The position numbers and the translations under genes were made by a program. 64,000 nt of DNA. Source: Spirochaetia bacterium (GTDB lineage: Bacteria; Spirochaetota; Spirochaetia; SZUA-6; Bin103). Below the pieces are notes generated by a model. That model saw only the letters and a program-made list of their open reading frames with translations, was not told the DNA's origin and did not search any database. Shown in pieces: positions 30,322 through 43,067 of this stretch (position 1 is its first letter; the number at the start of each line of letters is the position of its first letter). The DNA is taken from the NCBI GenBank assembly GCA_965203515.1, contig OZ241907.1:1728001-1792000 (forward strand), in the 5' to 3' direction.

Positions 30322-30375
30322 TTCTCCTTGCGAAAAGGAGAAGATACCCGATTTTTCTCCTTTCTGAAAGGAGAA
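30322..30375. promoter_or_regulatory. Pair of identical-arm palindromic operators upstream of the AAA_14/DUF4143 gene
   Basis: TTCTCCTT-N5-AAGGAGAA at 30322-30342 and 30355-30375, in an AT-rich intergenic patch. Confidence 0.65.
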
Positions 30376-30451
30376 ATTATCTTAGAAGGCCTTACTTCAA
30401 TGGAATACTATCTTTCACTGCAACTGAATCCCGACATATGTCTGCCCGGAC

Positions 30452-31189
30452 TCACGCCCTCAGCGTCTCGGCCAAGGCGATGCAGTCGTCCGCGGTCAGG
30501 CCATGCGGAGCGGCCGGCGCCTCGGCGCTCCCGTTCGGTCCCCACTCCTGCGGCCGCGGCAGAAAGGCGGTGCGAAAGCCGACCGCCCGCGCCCCGCGCA
30601 GGTCGTCGTCATGCGCCGCCACCATGAGGATCCGCTCCGGCGGCAGGCTCAGGCGAGCGGCTGCGGTGGTATAGACCGCCGGCGCCGGCTTGTAGGTGCG
30701 CGCGTGCTCGGCCGACAGGATGCGGTCGAAGCGCAACCGGTTGTAACTCGCCAAGTCCTCCAGCAGCAAGACGTTGCCGTTCGAGAGCGCGCAGACCCTG
30801 AAGCGCCCGCGCAGCCGCTCCAGCCCCTCCCGCACGTCGGGCCATGACGGCAACCGGTGCCAGGCGTGGTTGAGCCGGCGGCGATCGTCTTCCTCGATCC
30901 CCAGGCCGAGATCGGCCAGCAACCGGTCGAGTATCTCCCGGTGCAGCACGTCGATCGGCGCCCACGGGCGCCGGCCGCTGCGCACCTCTTCCATCGCCGG
31001 CTCGTAGCCGCCGCGCCACGCGTCGGCGAACCGCGCCCAGTCCGTGTCGATACCGGTCCGCCCGCGCAGTTCCCGGCCGGCGTCGATCACCCCGGTGCGC
31101 CAGTCGACCAGCGTGCCGAACACGTCGAAGGTGACCGCTTCGATCGATCCGGGGGCCGGTCCGTCGCCGTCGTTGCCGCGCTGCGCCAC
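30452..31189 (-). CDS. Haloacid dehalogenase type II
   Basis: FDVFGTLVDW, LSNGN, YKPAP, MVAAHDDDL. Confidence 0.9.
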   Translation of the reverse strand: MAQRGNDGDGPAPGSIEAVTFDVFGTLVDWRTGVIDAGRELRGRTGIDTDWARFADAWRGGYEPAMEEVRSGRRPWAPIDVLHREILDRLLADLGLGIEEDDRRRLNHAWHRLPSWPDVREGLERLRGRFRVCALSNGNVLLLEDLASYNRLRFDRILSAEHARTYKPAPAVYTTAAARLSLPPERILMVAAHDDDLRGARAVGFRTAFLPRPQEWGPNGSAEAPAAPHGLTADDCIALAETLRA

Positions 31190-31245
31190 GTCGCCGCATC
31201 ATAGCAGCCCGCACGGTGCCCCGGGGCGCCGGAGGAGGAGCGCCG

Positions 31246-32790
31246 ATGCCATACTCGCCCGACGCCGACCTGCCCGCCCGCATCGCGTTCGCCATGGCGT
31301 ACGTGAGCCGCTGGTGCGAGCGCAGTCTGAACGCCGGCGTCCCGGATCCGCACAACTACGGCCGGGCGGTCGACGCGCTCCTGAAGGGAGCCGCGGCGAG
31401 CGGTACGCCGGCCCCGGAGCCGATCGTCGACCGCCTGCGCACCGTGCTGTTGGAACTGACCGACAACCCGCTGGGATTCCCGTACGCCAACGGCCGAACC
31501 GATCCGCACGACCTGCGCGAGATCGTGCAGGCGTTCACGGAGCTCGGTACCGCCCGCGACGACCGCGCCGCCCGCGCGCGGTTGGGCCGGCTGCTCGACG
31601 CATGGCTGCGCCTCACCAACCCGGACGGCACGTGGCGGGCCGATCCGGTAGCGGCCGAGCCCGGCCTGCGCCACCCGGGCTTCACCGACGACCGCCACGG
31701 AGTCGAGTCCCCGCCGCCGCGCTCGCGGACGCGGGCCGTGATGGCGCTCACCCACCTCTTCCGCCTCACCGGCGATCAGCGCGCCCTGGAGCTGGCCGAC
31801 CGCTTCGTGCGGCTGGCGCGCGCCAAGGCGTTCACGGATGACGGCCGGCTCACCATGCAGGCCGGCGTCCATACCCACTCGGTGACCGGCGCCGTGCACG
31901 GCCTTGCCGACTACGGGCTGCTGATCGGCGATCTGGACATCGTCGAACACGCCCGCCGCATCTTCGACGTGGGACTGGCTCCCACGCGCAGCAGCTTCGG
32001 CTGGTCGATCGAGAGCCTGGGAAACGAGCGCGTGCCCGGCCGCGGCGAGATCAACAACACCGGCGACATGATCCAGACGGCGATCGTGCTGGGACTGGCC
32101 GGCCGGCCCGAGTACTTCGGCGTGGCCGAGCGCATGATCCGCAGCCACGTGCTGCCGAGCCAGTGGCTCGTCGGGCAGGAGATACTCCGGCCGGCGGACG
32201 CTCCCGATTACGCGATGACCGCCTTTCCGCGGGAAGCCGACGGCGGCTGGGGGTTTCCCGGCCCCTCGGACCGCCACGTCCCCGACCCGCTGGGGATCGC
32301 CAACAGCGTGCTGGACATCACGCAGGGCGGCATCCAGTGCCTGTGGGCCGCGCTCCGCCGCGGATCGACGCGCCGCGGCGCGGACACGCGGCTCAACCTG
32401 CTATTCTCCAGCGACCAGGCCGCCGCGCGCACTCGCAGCCGGCTGCCCGGCGCGGGTGAGGTGACGGTGACCATGCCGGCCGCCGGCCGCCTGTGGGTGC
32501 GCACGCCGGACTGGTTGCCGCCGGAGGAGCTGGCCGTCGACCGCGTCGATCAGGCCGGCGGCCCGCTCGGCTTGCTGCGCATCGCGCCGTGGGCGGTGAC
32601 CGATCCGCTGCCGACGGGCGCGGAGGTGCGGGTGCGCTTCAGGCCGGTGCGCCGCGTGGAGGAGGAGTGGAGCTACTGGCAGCGGTACCGCATGGCGTTC
32701 GAAGGCGATACCCTGGTGGAGATGAGCCCGCGCGGCCGCCACGCGCCGATGTTCCCGGCGCTCCGCAGCCCGGCCGAACGGACGCGCTGA
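31246..32790 (+). CDS. Hypothetical protein, (alpha/alpha) toroid glycosidase-like (GH127-like)
   Basis: Strong RBS GGAGGAGGAG; helical core with HTHS and GEINNTGD; C-terminal LWVRTPDW beta domain. Confidence 0.55.
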   Translation: MPYSPDADLPARIAFAMAYVSRWCERSLNAGVPDPHNYGRAVDALLKGAAASGTPAPEPIVDRLRTVLLELTDNPLGFPYANGRTDPHDLREIVQAFTELGTARDDRAARARLGRLLDAWLRLTNPDGTWRADPVAAEPGLRHPGFTDDRHGVESPPPRSRTRAVMALTHLFRLTGDQRALELADRFVRLARAKAFTDDGRLTMQAGVHTHSVTGAVHGLADYGLLIGDLDIVEHARRIFDVGLAPTRSSFGWSIESLGNERVPGRGEINNTGDMIQTAIVLGLAGRPEYFGVAERMIRSHVLPSQWLVGQEILRPADAPDYAMTAFPREADGGWGFPGPSDRHVPDPLGIANSVLDITQGGIQCLWAALRRGSTRRGADTRLNLLFSSDQAAARTRSRLPGAGEVTVTMPAAGRLWVRTPDWLPPEELAVDRVDQAGGPLGLLRIAPWAVTDPLPTGAEVRVRFRPVRRVEEEWSYWQRYRMAFEGDTLVEMSPRGRHAPMFPALRSPAERTR

Positions 32791-32829
32791 GCGGACCGGC
32801 TCAGCGCGGACCGGCTCAGCCCAGACCGC

Positions 32830-34470
32830 TCAGCCCGGCCGCGGCGAGTCCGGCCAGATGCCGTCCGGGTACTCGTAGCGCAGCTCCAGCTCGACGTCCT
32901 CTACGGTGATGGCGAACTCCGCGGCCAGCCGTTCGTTGCGCTTGGCCATGCGCAGGGTCACCTCGTTGCGGCCGCGCCGCGGCAGATGGTCCGACAGGTC
33001 GTACTCGAACCAGTCCCGCCCGGTCCAGCGCATGCAGTACGCGCCGGGACGCTGCGGCGTGGCGCACTCCAGCAACTCGCCGTTCAGCCTCACCTCCACC
33101 TGGTCGTACACGGTCATGTTCCGCAGGTGGACGCGCAGCCGGCACCCGCTCAGACGGTCCGCCTTGCCGCGCGCGTCATCCGCCACCTCAATCGTGATCG
33201 GCAGCGGCCGGGAGCCGAGCACCGCCGGTATCTGCCGCTCGGTCCGCAGGCAATTGGGGAACGAGTCGTGCGAACGCATGACCACGTAGGTCTTGTCCTT
33301 GCACTCCAGCCGCAGCGGGCTGCCTATGTCGTCCAGCGCGTCGCGGTTGTCGTAGTTGTAGGTGGGAGCGGTGCCGAAGTAGTTGAACACGTACAGGCCG
33401 GGGACGCCCTTCGCCAGATGGCGGGCGGCGATCGCGCGCGTCATCTCATTGGTCATGCGCGTCATGATCGGCGTGCGGATGAACCAGCGCTTGTCGTCGG
33501 CGTCGCCGGCCAGGTAGCCCTCCTCGATCGCGGGATATACCTGCACGTCGGTCGACGCGGTCAGCTCGACCCACTCGCTCACGTCCTCCTCCACGTCCTG
33601 CCCGAAGAAGCAGGACGGCACCAGCAGGTCGACCAGGCCGTCGCGCACCCAGGAGCGTACGTCCAGCCCCAGCCGTTCGCTGCCGGCGATGGTGTTGGGC
33701 ACGCGCGCGGCAAAGCCGATCGGCCGGCCGCGCGCGTCGCCGATGCGGTCGAGCCCGGCGCGCATCTGCCGCATCAGGTCGGTCATGAGCGGCATGCCGG
33801 CCTGCTCCGCGCCGCGCTTGAAGTAGCCGGGGCAGCGCATGAAGTCGCACAGGAACCCGTCCACGTCGTAGCGCTCGCACGCCTCGAACGCCAGGTCGCG
33901 CCGCAGGTCGCGGACCTCCCGGTGGGCGTAGTCCTGGAAGAAGCGGAGCACGTTCCACAGGTTTTTCGGCCAGCCGGCGGCGCCGTCCTCGCCGATCAGG
34001 TATTCGGGATGCTCGGCGAAGAACTCGCCCGACCAGAGGTTGGCGTCGTCGGCGTCCGCCCCCCAGTGGTGCCAGTCGTTCATGGCCAGCCGGAACCAGA
34101 AGTCGACGCCGATCCGCTTGGCCTCCCGCACCTTGACCGCTTCCGGGTCGATGCCGGCGGCGAACGCCAGGCGCAGGTGCTCGGCGTGGCGCCACAGCTT
34201 GAGGTCGCCCACGCGGGCGCCCCGCTGCATGCGATCGACGATGAACTCCGCGCCCTCGACCTGCGTCGGCCACCCCACGGTGAAGCCGGCGTTGGAGCCC
34301 ATGGCGCCGACGTAGGCGTCGACCGGGCGGCCCTGGAAGAAGCCGAAGTGCGCCTGCGCTATCCGTTCCGCCGAGATCGGCGGGTGATAGAACATCTCCT
34401 GCCCCGCGTTCTGGTCCCACATGACCCGGTAGCGCCGCACGCGCCGGTCCCCGCTCCGATCGTCAGCCAC
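32830..34470 (-). CDS. Hypothetical protein, TIM-barrel glycoside hydrolase-like (GHL10-like)
   Basis: FRLAMNDWH, EHPEY, YDVDGFLCDFMRCP, GLYVFNY. Confidence 0.6.
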   Translation of the reverse strand: MADDRSGDRRVRRYRVMWDQNAGQEMFYHPPISAERIAQAHFGFFQGRPVDAYVGAMGSNAGFTVGWPTQVEGAEFIVDRMQRGARVGDLKLWRHAEHLRLAFAAGIDPEAVKVREAKRIGVDFWFRLAMNDWHHWGADADDANLWSGEFFAEHPEYLIGEDGAAGWPKNLWNVLRFFQDYAHREVRDLRRDLAFEACERYDVDGFLCDFMRCPGYFKRGAEQAGMPLMTDLMRQMRAGLDRIGDARGRPIGFAARVPNTIAGSERLGLDVRSWVRDGLVDLLVPSCFFGQDVEEDVSEWVELTASTDVQVYPAIEEGYLAGDADDKRWFIRTPIMTRMTNEMTRAIAARHLAKGVPGLYVFNYFGTAPTYNYDNRDALDDIGSPLRLECKDKTYVVMRSHDSFPNCLRTERQIPAVLGSRPLPITIEVADDARGKADRLSGCRLRVHLRNMTVYDQVEVRLNGELLECATPQRPGAYCMRWTGRDWFEYDLSDHLPRRGRNEVTLRMAKRNERLAAEFAITVEDVELELRYEYPDGIWPDSPRPG

Positions 34471-34545
34471 CGTTTCGACCTCCGTGTCATGCTACTATTG
34501 CATCTAACGCCTGCGTTCGCCAGGACGCAGCGCAAGGGAGGGACG

Positions 34546-35340
34546 ATGACCGCCACGCAGAAGTATCTCTTCGACCTGCAGGGCTTCCTGATCGTCGAGG
34601 ACGTGCTCTCGGACGAGGAATGCGAGCTTGCCAAGCGCAAGATAGACGAGCGCATGGAGCCGATGGACAAGACGCCGGACGGCTACGACGCGAACGGCAC
34701 CTGGCACCGCGCCTGGGGGCTGGTCAACGCCGGCGAGCCGTTCACCACGCTGATCGACCATCCCAAGCTGATCTCGGTGCTCACCGAGATCATCGGCCCC
34801 AAGTTGCGGTTGGAAGGCAACTACAGCTTCGTGCGCTCGAAGGGCTGCCCGCACTTCGAGATGCACGGCGGCCACCGCGGCGGCCGGGTCAACTTCCGCT
34901 ACTACGTGCATGGCGATCAGATCTACACCGGGCTCACCGTCGTGTCGTTCACCCTGCAGGACATCGCCGAGGAGGACGGCGGCTTCGCCTGCATCCCCGG
35001 CTCGCACAAGTCCGACTTCAACGTCCCGCGCGAGGACCACAAGCGCCTGTTCGCGATCGACGGCCCGCTGGTCCGCAACATCGCCGCGCCCAAAGGCTCG
35101 GCCATCATCTTCACGGAGACGCTCGCGCACGGCGCCGCCTCCTGGCAGGGGGACGAGCCCCGCTACGGGGTGTTCTACAAGTACAACGACCGCGCGGCGA
35201 CCTACGGCTACCGGCCCTATCGGCTCCCCGGCAAGGAGACGCTGGCCACGCTCACGCCGGCGCAGCGCGTCTTCTTCAACGGCACGTGGGAGGCGTTCGG
35301 CCCGGAGGACAACCCGCACAACGAGTACGCCGAGGCGTAG
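34546..35340 (+). CDS. Phytanoyl-CoA dioxygenase (PhyH) family protein
   Basis: YLFDLQGFL, MHGG, GGFACIPGSHK, FTETLAHG; RBS AGGGAGG. Confidence 0.85.
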   Translation: MTATQKYLFDLQGFLIVEDVLSDEECELAKRKIDERMEPMDKTPDGYDANGTWHRAWGLVNAGEPFTTLIDHPKLISVLTEIIGPKLRLEGNYSFVRSKGCPHFEMHGGHRGGRVNFRYYVHGDQIYTGLTVVSFTLQDIAEEDGGFACIPGSHKSDFNVPREDHKRLFAIDGPLVRNIAAPKGSAIIFTETLAHGAASWQGDEPRYGVFYKYNDRAATYGYRPYRLPGKETLATLTPAQRVFFNGTWEAFGPEDNPHNEYAEA

Positions 35341-35364
35341 CCGTTCCGGGGGTCGGGCGCAGGA

Positions 35365-38499
<3,135 letters not shown>

Positions 38500-38530
38500 C
38501 GCCCGTCCTCCCCTGTGACGATGACGAATC

Positions 38531-39598
38531 TCACCGTGCCGGCCCGCCGCTGATCACGTTCGCCTTCCAAAGTTGGCCCAGAGAGTACTCCTTTAGCCAG
38601 TCCTGCAGGCGATCCGGGTCCAGCCGCTCGAAGGCCGACTCGCCATCCCGGCGATCGACCACCACGATGTCTTCCGGCCGAAACTCGCTGACCAGGTCGG
38701 CGGATTGCGTGGAGACGATCACCTGCCGCGCTTCACTCGCCGACTGCAGCATCTCCGCCAGCAGCGTAAGCGCGAACGGATGCAGCCCCAGTTCCGGCTC
38801 ATCGATCAGAATCAGCCGCGGCTGCATCGCGGTCGGCTGCAGAAGCAGGGTGGCAAGGCACAGGAAGCGGAGCGTGCCGTCCGAAAGCTGAAGCGGTCCC
38901 AGCGGCGTATCGGCATCGTCGACGTGGTGCCATTCGAGCTCCATGCGCTCATCGACATCCCTGCGATAGACGAAGCCGCCGAAGAACGGCGCGGCCAGCC
39001 GCACGGCGTCGACGATCTCGCGGTGCTCGTGCGGATGGCGTTCATGGAGCAAGCGCAGGAATGGCCCCAGGTTGGCCCCGTCCGGCTTCAACCGCAGGTT
39101 GTCGCGCACCGCCTGCGGGCAGCGCATGCCCGCAACCTCACTGGTATCGTGAAAGTGATACACCCGCCAGTCCCGCATCGCCGGCAGCACGTAAGCCGCA
39201 AAGTCGCCGCCCTCGATACTCGCCGCCTGCGCTTCCAGGTGGCCCGACCAAGTCGATCTTTCCGGAAAAACGTGCTCTCGCGCGAACGCCATTCCGTCCG
39301 CCACCGGCTCAAGCGAAAAGCCGTATCGGCGGCTGTTGCCGTTGAAGGACAACTCCACGTCCAGACCCGAAGTCCGCCGGCGACCGCCGAACAGCAGAGC
39401 GTCCGCTCTCCCCTCCCGCTTGACGAACAGTTGGAGTCTCTTCGCGGCAAGTTCGGACACCATCCGAAACAGACTCATCAAGTTGCTCTTGCCCGCTCCG
39501 TTCGCTCCGACGAGGACATTCAGTCCGCGCAACTCGAAGTCCTCCAGCACCCGAATCGACTTGAAGCCGCGAACGGACAGTCGGTCTATCGCAGCCAT
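38531..39598 (-). CDS. AAA_21/AbiEii-like ABC-type ATPase
   Basis: [36 protein letters not shown]. Confidence 0.9.
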   Translation of the reverse strand: MAAIDRLSVRGFKSIRVLEDFELRGLNVLVGANGAGKSNLMSLFRMVSELAAKRLQLFVKREGRADALLFGGRRRTSGLDVELSFNGNSRRYGFSLEPVADGMAFAREHVFPERSTWSGHLEAQAASIEGGDFAAYVLPAMRDWRVYHFHDTSEVAGMRCPQAVRDNLRLKPDGANLGPFLRLLHERHPHEHREIVDAVRLAAPFFGGFVYRRDVDERMELEWHHVDDADTPLGPLQLSDGTLRFLCLATLLLQPTAMQPRLILIDEPELGLHPFALTLLAEMLQSASEARQVIVSTQSADLVSEFRPEDIVVVDRRDGESAFERLDPDRLQDWLKEYSLGQLWKANVISGGPAR

Positions 39599-39706
39599 GT
39601 CGTGTCTCTCGCTTCGAGAAGCTGGGCGTCCCATACGCGAATGACGACCTTCGTCGCCGCGACCGTCTCGTGCATCATCCTCATTCGCGCCACAGGTACC
39701 GACTCA

Positions 39707-39724
39707 GACTTCGGCGCCGAAGTC
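39707..39724. repeat. Perfect 18-bp palindrome
   Basis: GACTTCGGCGCCGAAGTC; same core as the palindromes in the HNH gene at 52229-52509. Confidence 0.7.
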
Positions 39725-39784
39725 CCGCCCCGCCCACAGTCCGACTCTGCCCTCTCCCGCTGCCGGTCATCGCCGCTAGCGACT

Positions 39785-40900
39785 TCAGTTTCCAGCCTCG
39801 ACGGAAATGATGCATGCGTTACGTAAGGAAAGACGTTGACGGTGTTGCTCTAGATCGCCTCTCATAACGACCGTTGATCTCTGCCTATGGGCCTCCGTCA
39901 GTCGCTCGTAATCAGTTCTCTTGGCGTAAACCTTGACCGATTTCCATTGTCCGTCAATAGGCGCCCGCATGGTGACCACACCGTCGCTCTCCCATTCCTC
40001 GCGATGCAGACGGTGTATCGGTCCGGTCAGAGATATGTCGGGGTGAGGCTCGCGCTCGCGAAACGACCGCGCTGCTTCCCGCAGGATCGGAGCGTCGGGG
40101 TTAGAGAATTCAACGATCTTTCCAGCCGACTTCATCGGCCGTGTACGAGCCCAGGTCATGTCTACATCAAGCGTCGGAAACGGACTGATCATCCTGTATA
40201 GCGCTTCGCACAGGTTCGCGCTAACCCCCTTGTCGACGACTCTCGCAAAGGCTTCTCCGTCACCTGCAACCGTGCTCTCCGTAGCGCTCCGGGCAGCGTC
40301 GAGAGCCTCGATCAGACGTGTTGTCATCCGTCGTTCGATGGGGGCGTCGAATTCCTCAGAGTCTCCGAACAAGGTCGGAATCGGTGGAGGTATCGAGATC
40401 ACTAGTGCGACAACGAAACTTCCCTGTTCGGTCTGTCCCAGACGAACTCGGCTCAGAAGGTCGGCCGCCTCCTTGTTGGCGCCCGCGCGGTACAGTGCCT
40501 GCGGCTCACGCAACGAGCAGGCCGCCGCCAAGAGCATGTCACGCGCGCCATCGATGAGGTCGACGCCGTCGTTCACTGTCAGGCTGCCGTCATCGCTTCC
40601 GCCGGCTCTTACCCGCACGACATCACGGTTGGCGTTCACCAAATCGCGGTAGAGGGCGAGTTCGTCGCGTTCGGTTACTCTCGTGAATATCTCGATCAGT
40701 TGGGCTACGACACTTGCGTAGTCACCTAAACGTTGCGTGCGTGGCAGGATGATCTCAGGCAGCCCCTCTGCGGCATAAACGTCGGAATGGGCGCCGTATC
40801 TCTCATTCGTCTTGGACCAACCCGCAGCCCGCGCGTAAGCCGAAAGCGCATCCGGCGAAATCGCCCGCAAAGCGTCGCGATCTCGAATATTCACCTTCAT
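39785..40900 (-). CDS. Hypothetical protein translationally coupled to the DUF4365 gene
   Basis: ATGA overlap with the upstream gene; motifs GQTEQGSFVV and GVSANLCEAL; possible C-terminal OB-like fold. Confidence 0.75.
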   Translation of the reverse strand: MKVNIRDRDALRAISPDALSAYARAAGWSKTNERYGAHSDVYAAEGLPEIILPRTQRLGDYASVVAQLIEIFTRVTERDELALYRDLVNANRDVVRVRAGGSDDGSLTVNDGVDLIDGARDMLLAAACSLREPQALYRAGANKEAADLLSRVRLGQTEQGSFVVALVISIPPPIPTLFGDSEEFDAPIERRMTTRLIEALDAARSATESTVAGDGEAFARVVDKGVSANLCEALYRMISPFPTLDVDMTWARTRPMKSAGKIVEFSNPDAPILREAARSFREREPHPDISLTGPIHRLHREEWESDGVVTMRAPIDGQWKSVKVYAKRTDYERLTEAHRQRSTVVMRGDLEQHRQRLSLRNACIISVEAGN

Positions 40901-41427
40901 CGGACGTTCCCTCCTCTCGATCGATCCATGATCAGACGCAAATTTTTGACGTCAAACACGTTCTCATTCGGAATCCGCACCGTGACAGAAGATCGGTTGT
41001 CGGTCTCATCCGCTCCCACCAAGCTCAGCCAGTAGGCACACCGCCTCAGAGCCAACTCGTCGGTCGTAACTTTAATCCATTGGTCCTCATCTCTGGGTAG
41101 ATCGAGCACTACGAGCACGCGTGGTGTCTGGGTCTGAATGCGGAGCAGGTCGTAGTTGCGCCGTTTCAACTCAAAGCGGTAGTGACCATCGCCCACCGGA
41201 TTCAGATTGACGGTCGCCTTCAACTGCAAGTCGATGGCCGGCCTCATCCGTCCGCCCGAATGAATTCGGAGATCGACACCGTCACGGTCGAAGTCGCAGT
41301 CTGCTGTCACGTACCCCGCACCCGCCGCCACGGCGCGCGCGTACACACGGGACAGCGCTTCTTCCCGATCCGCGGGCGTAAGCAAAGCATCCTTCACACG
41401 GCCTCTATATTCCACTGTCATCCACAC
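40897..41427 (-). CDS. DUF4365 family PD-(D/E)XK-like protein
   Basis: EALSRVY...DRDGVDL...IDLQLKAT...NYDLLR...AYWLSL. Confidence 0.8.
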   Translation of the reverse strand: MWMTVEYRGRVKDALLTPADREEALSRVYARAVAAGAGYVTADCDFDRDGVDLRIHSGGRMRPAIDLQLKATVNLNPVGDGHYRFELKRRNYDLLRIQTQTPRVLVVLDLPRDEDQWIKVTTDELALRRCAYWLSLVGADETDNRSSVTVRIPNENVFDVKNLRLIMDRSRGGNVR

Positions 41428-43067
41428 AGCTCCCCGGAAATCAGTTTCGGCAAGAGCGCGTCGAGCTGCGCCATCAGATTACGGGATGCATTCTGGTTTG
41501 CCAGAATACCCTCCATGTACGGAGACACCAAGTCATCGAACATGCCCGCTACTTTCGTCGGAGGGATAATCGTCGTTGCGACTGTGAACGTGTCACGTGT
41601 TATCGTGTCGAAAATCGTACCATGGGTTCGGGTGGTAAGCTCCTTGATCGACATTCGCAGGTTCCAATAGGTGAATAGATCCGGGTACCCGTCACGTCCA
41701 CGAATTCCATAACACGTCTGGTTCATTGCCATCGGGACCCCTAAGCATGCTAATTTGCCTACGGTACCTCGCGCCGTAATGATTGTCGTCCGAGCAGGAA
41801 GGATCCGAGTGGAACTATTGGCGACGCCCAGCGGTGATATGGTACGCTCGGTGTCGATAGCGAAAACGCCGTTGAACGAAGGATCGTCCTTTGCGGTATA
41901 CCAGGGAATATCACCATCCCAGTATTCCGGCACGGACGTTCGGGGAGTGCCTCCGTTGATGATCTCAACGATATTCGCCAAGGCTCCAATCTCCCAACCG
42001 TAAGGTACGTTCGCTCCGTTGTTCGACGCCACGAAGCGGTCAGGGAACAGGTCGGCGATATCTTTGGGCAGGCCGGTGTCGCGATCTTCTTGCTTGGCCC
42101 ATACCGGCTCAAAATCGACAAACCACGACATGAACAGCGCTCGTGCCGTTGCATCCAGAGTCTCGTTCATGAGGCAGTATAGCTTAATTCTTTCGTCAAG
42201 TGGTTCAAGTACGCGGACAATGGCGCGCTGTACGTCGAGGGGCGGAACCGGTATCGATATGGATCGAAGATAAGAGATCGGCTGCGCTATCGAGGGGACG
42301 CCGACCTGGGACGTGTTCGCGAGTAACTTGTGCCGACCTTCGGGTGTCTTGAAGTAGTACGCCACGAACTGCGGGAGCACCTGACGTCGATCACAGCGCA
42401 TGTAGAACTGGCTTTGAGAAATGACGTAACGATCGTAGATTGAATTCTCCGGGACATAGGCGACCTGGCCGATGGTACCTCGATGAGTGAATACTACGTC
42501 GCCTCGTGCTACGTTCGCGTTCCGCAGCCGCTCTGCATGTTCTTCAGTGATGAAGTTGAATCCCGGTCTGTCATCGACCATCATTCCGTGGAGATGCTGG
42601 CCGCTGATTATCGGTACGCCCGTTGGTACGAACGTGTTCACGCGAATGGATGACCCGAAAGGACCCATCGCGACCTTCTCGGCGATCTCCTCAATGCGCT
42701 TCTCTTGCCACTTCACCCGCCGAGACCGTTCCTTTTCTATAAGAGCCACGTAGTCCCTTTCAATGCGGGAATGAAAGCTCTCCGGCAAGCGTGCCCAGTC
42801 GTGCGCTTCAACCAGGAACGGAACCGTGGAATCGCGCAGTGCTTCCTCGAAATCGGCCAGCCGCGTAATGTCGATCTTGGCGAGGCCGGGGCCGCGCAGC
42901 ACGAGGTCGAGGTCGCTGCCGTCGTGGCTCTCGCCGTTCACGCGGCTGCCGTAGGCCCACACTTCCACCTCGGGCAGGTGCTCCTGCAGCAGCGCTTCGA
43001 GCATGGCGCGATGGCGAGCCGACAGATGCAGCGTGCCGGCGGGCCGCTCACCCGGTGCGTCAGGCAT
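41418..43067 (-). CDS. hsdS: Type I R-M specificity subunit with N-terminal minimal nucleotidyltransferase (MNT) domain
   Basis: N-terminal VWAYGSRVNGESHDGSDLDLV (GS-x10-DxD), then two TRDs with conserved PVPPLDVQ, LFMSWFVDFEPV and LLPKLISGEL. ATG 43067 overlaps the HEPN stop. Confidence 0.88.
   Translation of the reverse strand: MPDAPGERPAGTLHLSARHRAMLEALLQEHLPEVEVWAYGSRVNGESHDGSDLDLVLRGPGLAKIDITRLADFEEALRDSTVPFLVEAHDWARLPESFHSRIERDYVALIEKERSRRVKWQEKRIEEIAEKVAMGPFGSSIRVNTFVPTGVPIISGQHLHGMMVDDRPGFNFITEEHAERLRNANVARGDVVFTHRGTIGQVAYVPENSIYDRYVISQSQFYMRCDRRQVLPQFVAYYFKTPEGRHKLLANTSQVGVPSIAQPISYLRSISIPVPPLDVQRAIVRVLEPLDERIKLYCLMNETLDATARALFMSWFVDFEPVWAKQEDRDTGLPKDIADLFPDRFVASNNGANVPYGWEIGALANIVEIINGGTPRTSVPEYWDGDIPWYTAKDDPSFNGVFAIDTERTISPLGVANSSTRILPARTTIITARGTVGKLACLGVPMAMNQTCYGIRGRDGYPDLFTYWNLRMSIKELTTRTHGTIFDTITRDTFTVATTIIPPTKVAGMFDDLVSPYMEGILANQNASRNLMAQLDALLPKLISGELCG

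Noticed and set aside
32791..32834. Short tandem repeat GCGGACCGGCTCAGC x2 plus a degenerate copy
   Set aside because: A local slippage duplication between convergent stops; no evidence of function.
32986..34545. N-terminal extension of the PhyH ORF (784 aa)
   Set aside because: It is antisense to the 32830-34470 gene; an RBS and ATG at 34546 mark the real start.
41418..42720. Invertible hsdS (shufflon-type phase variation)
   Set aside because: No second hsdS or TRD copy, no flanking inverted repeats and no recombinase were seen.
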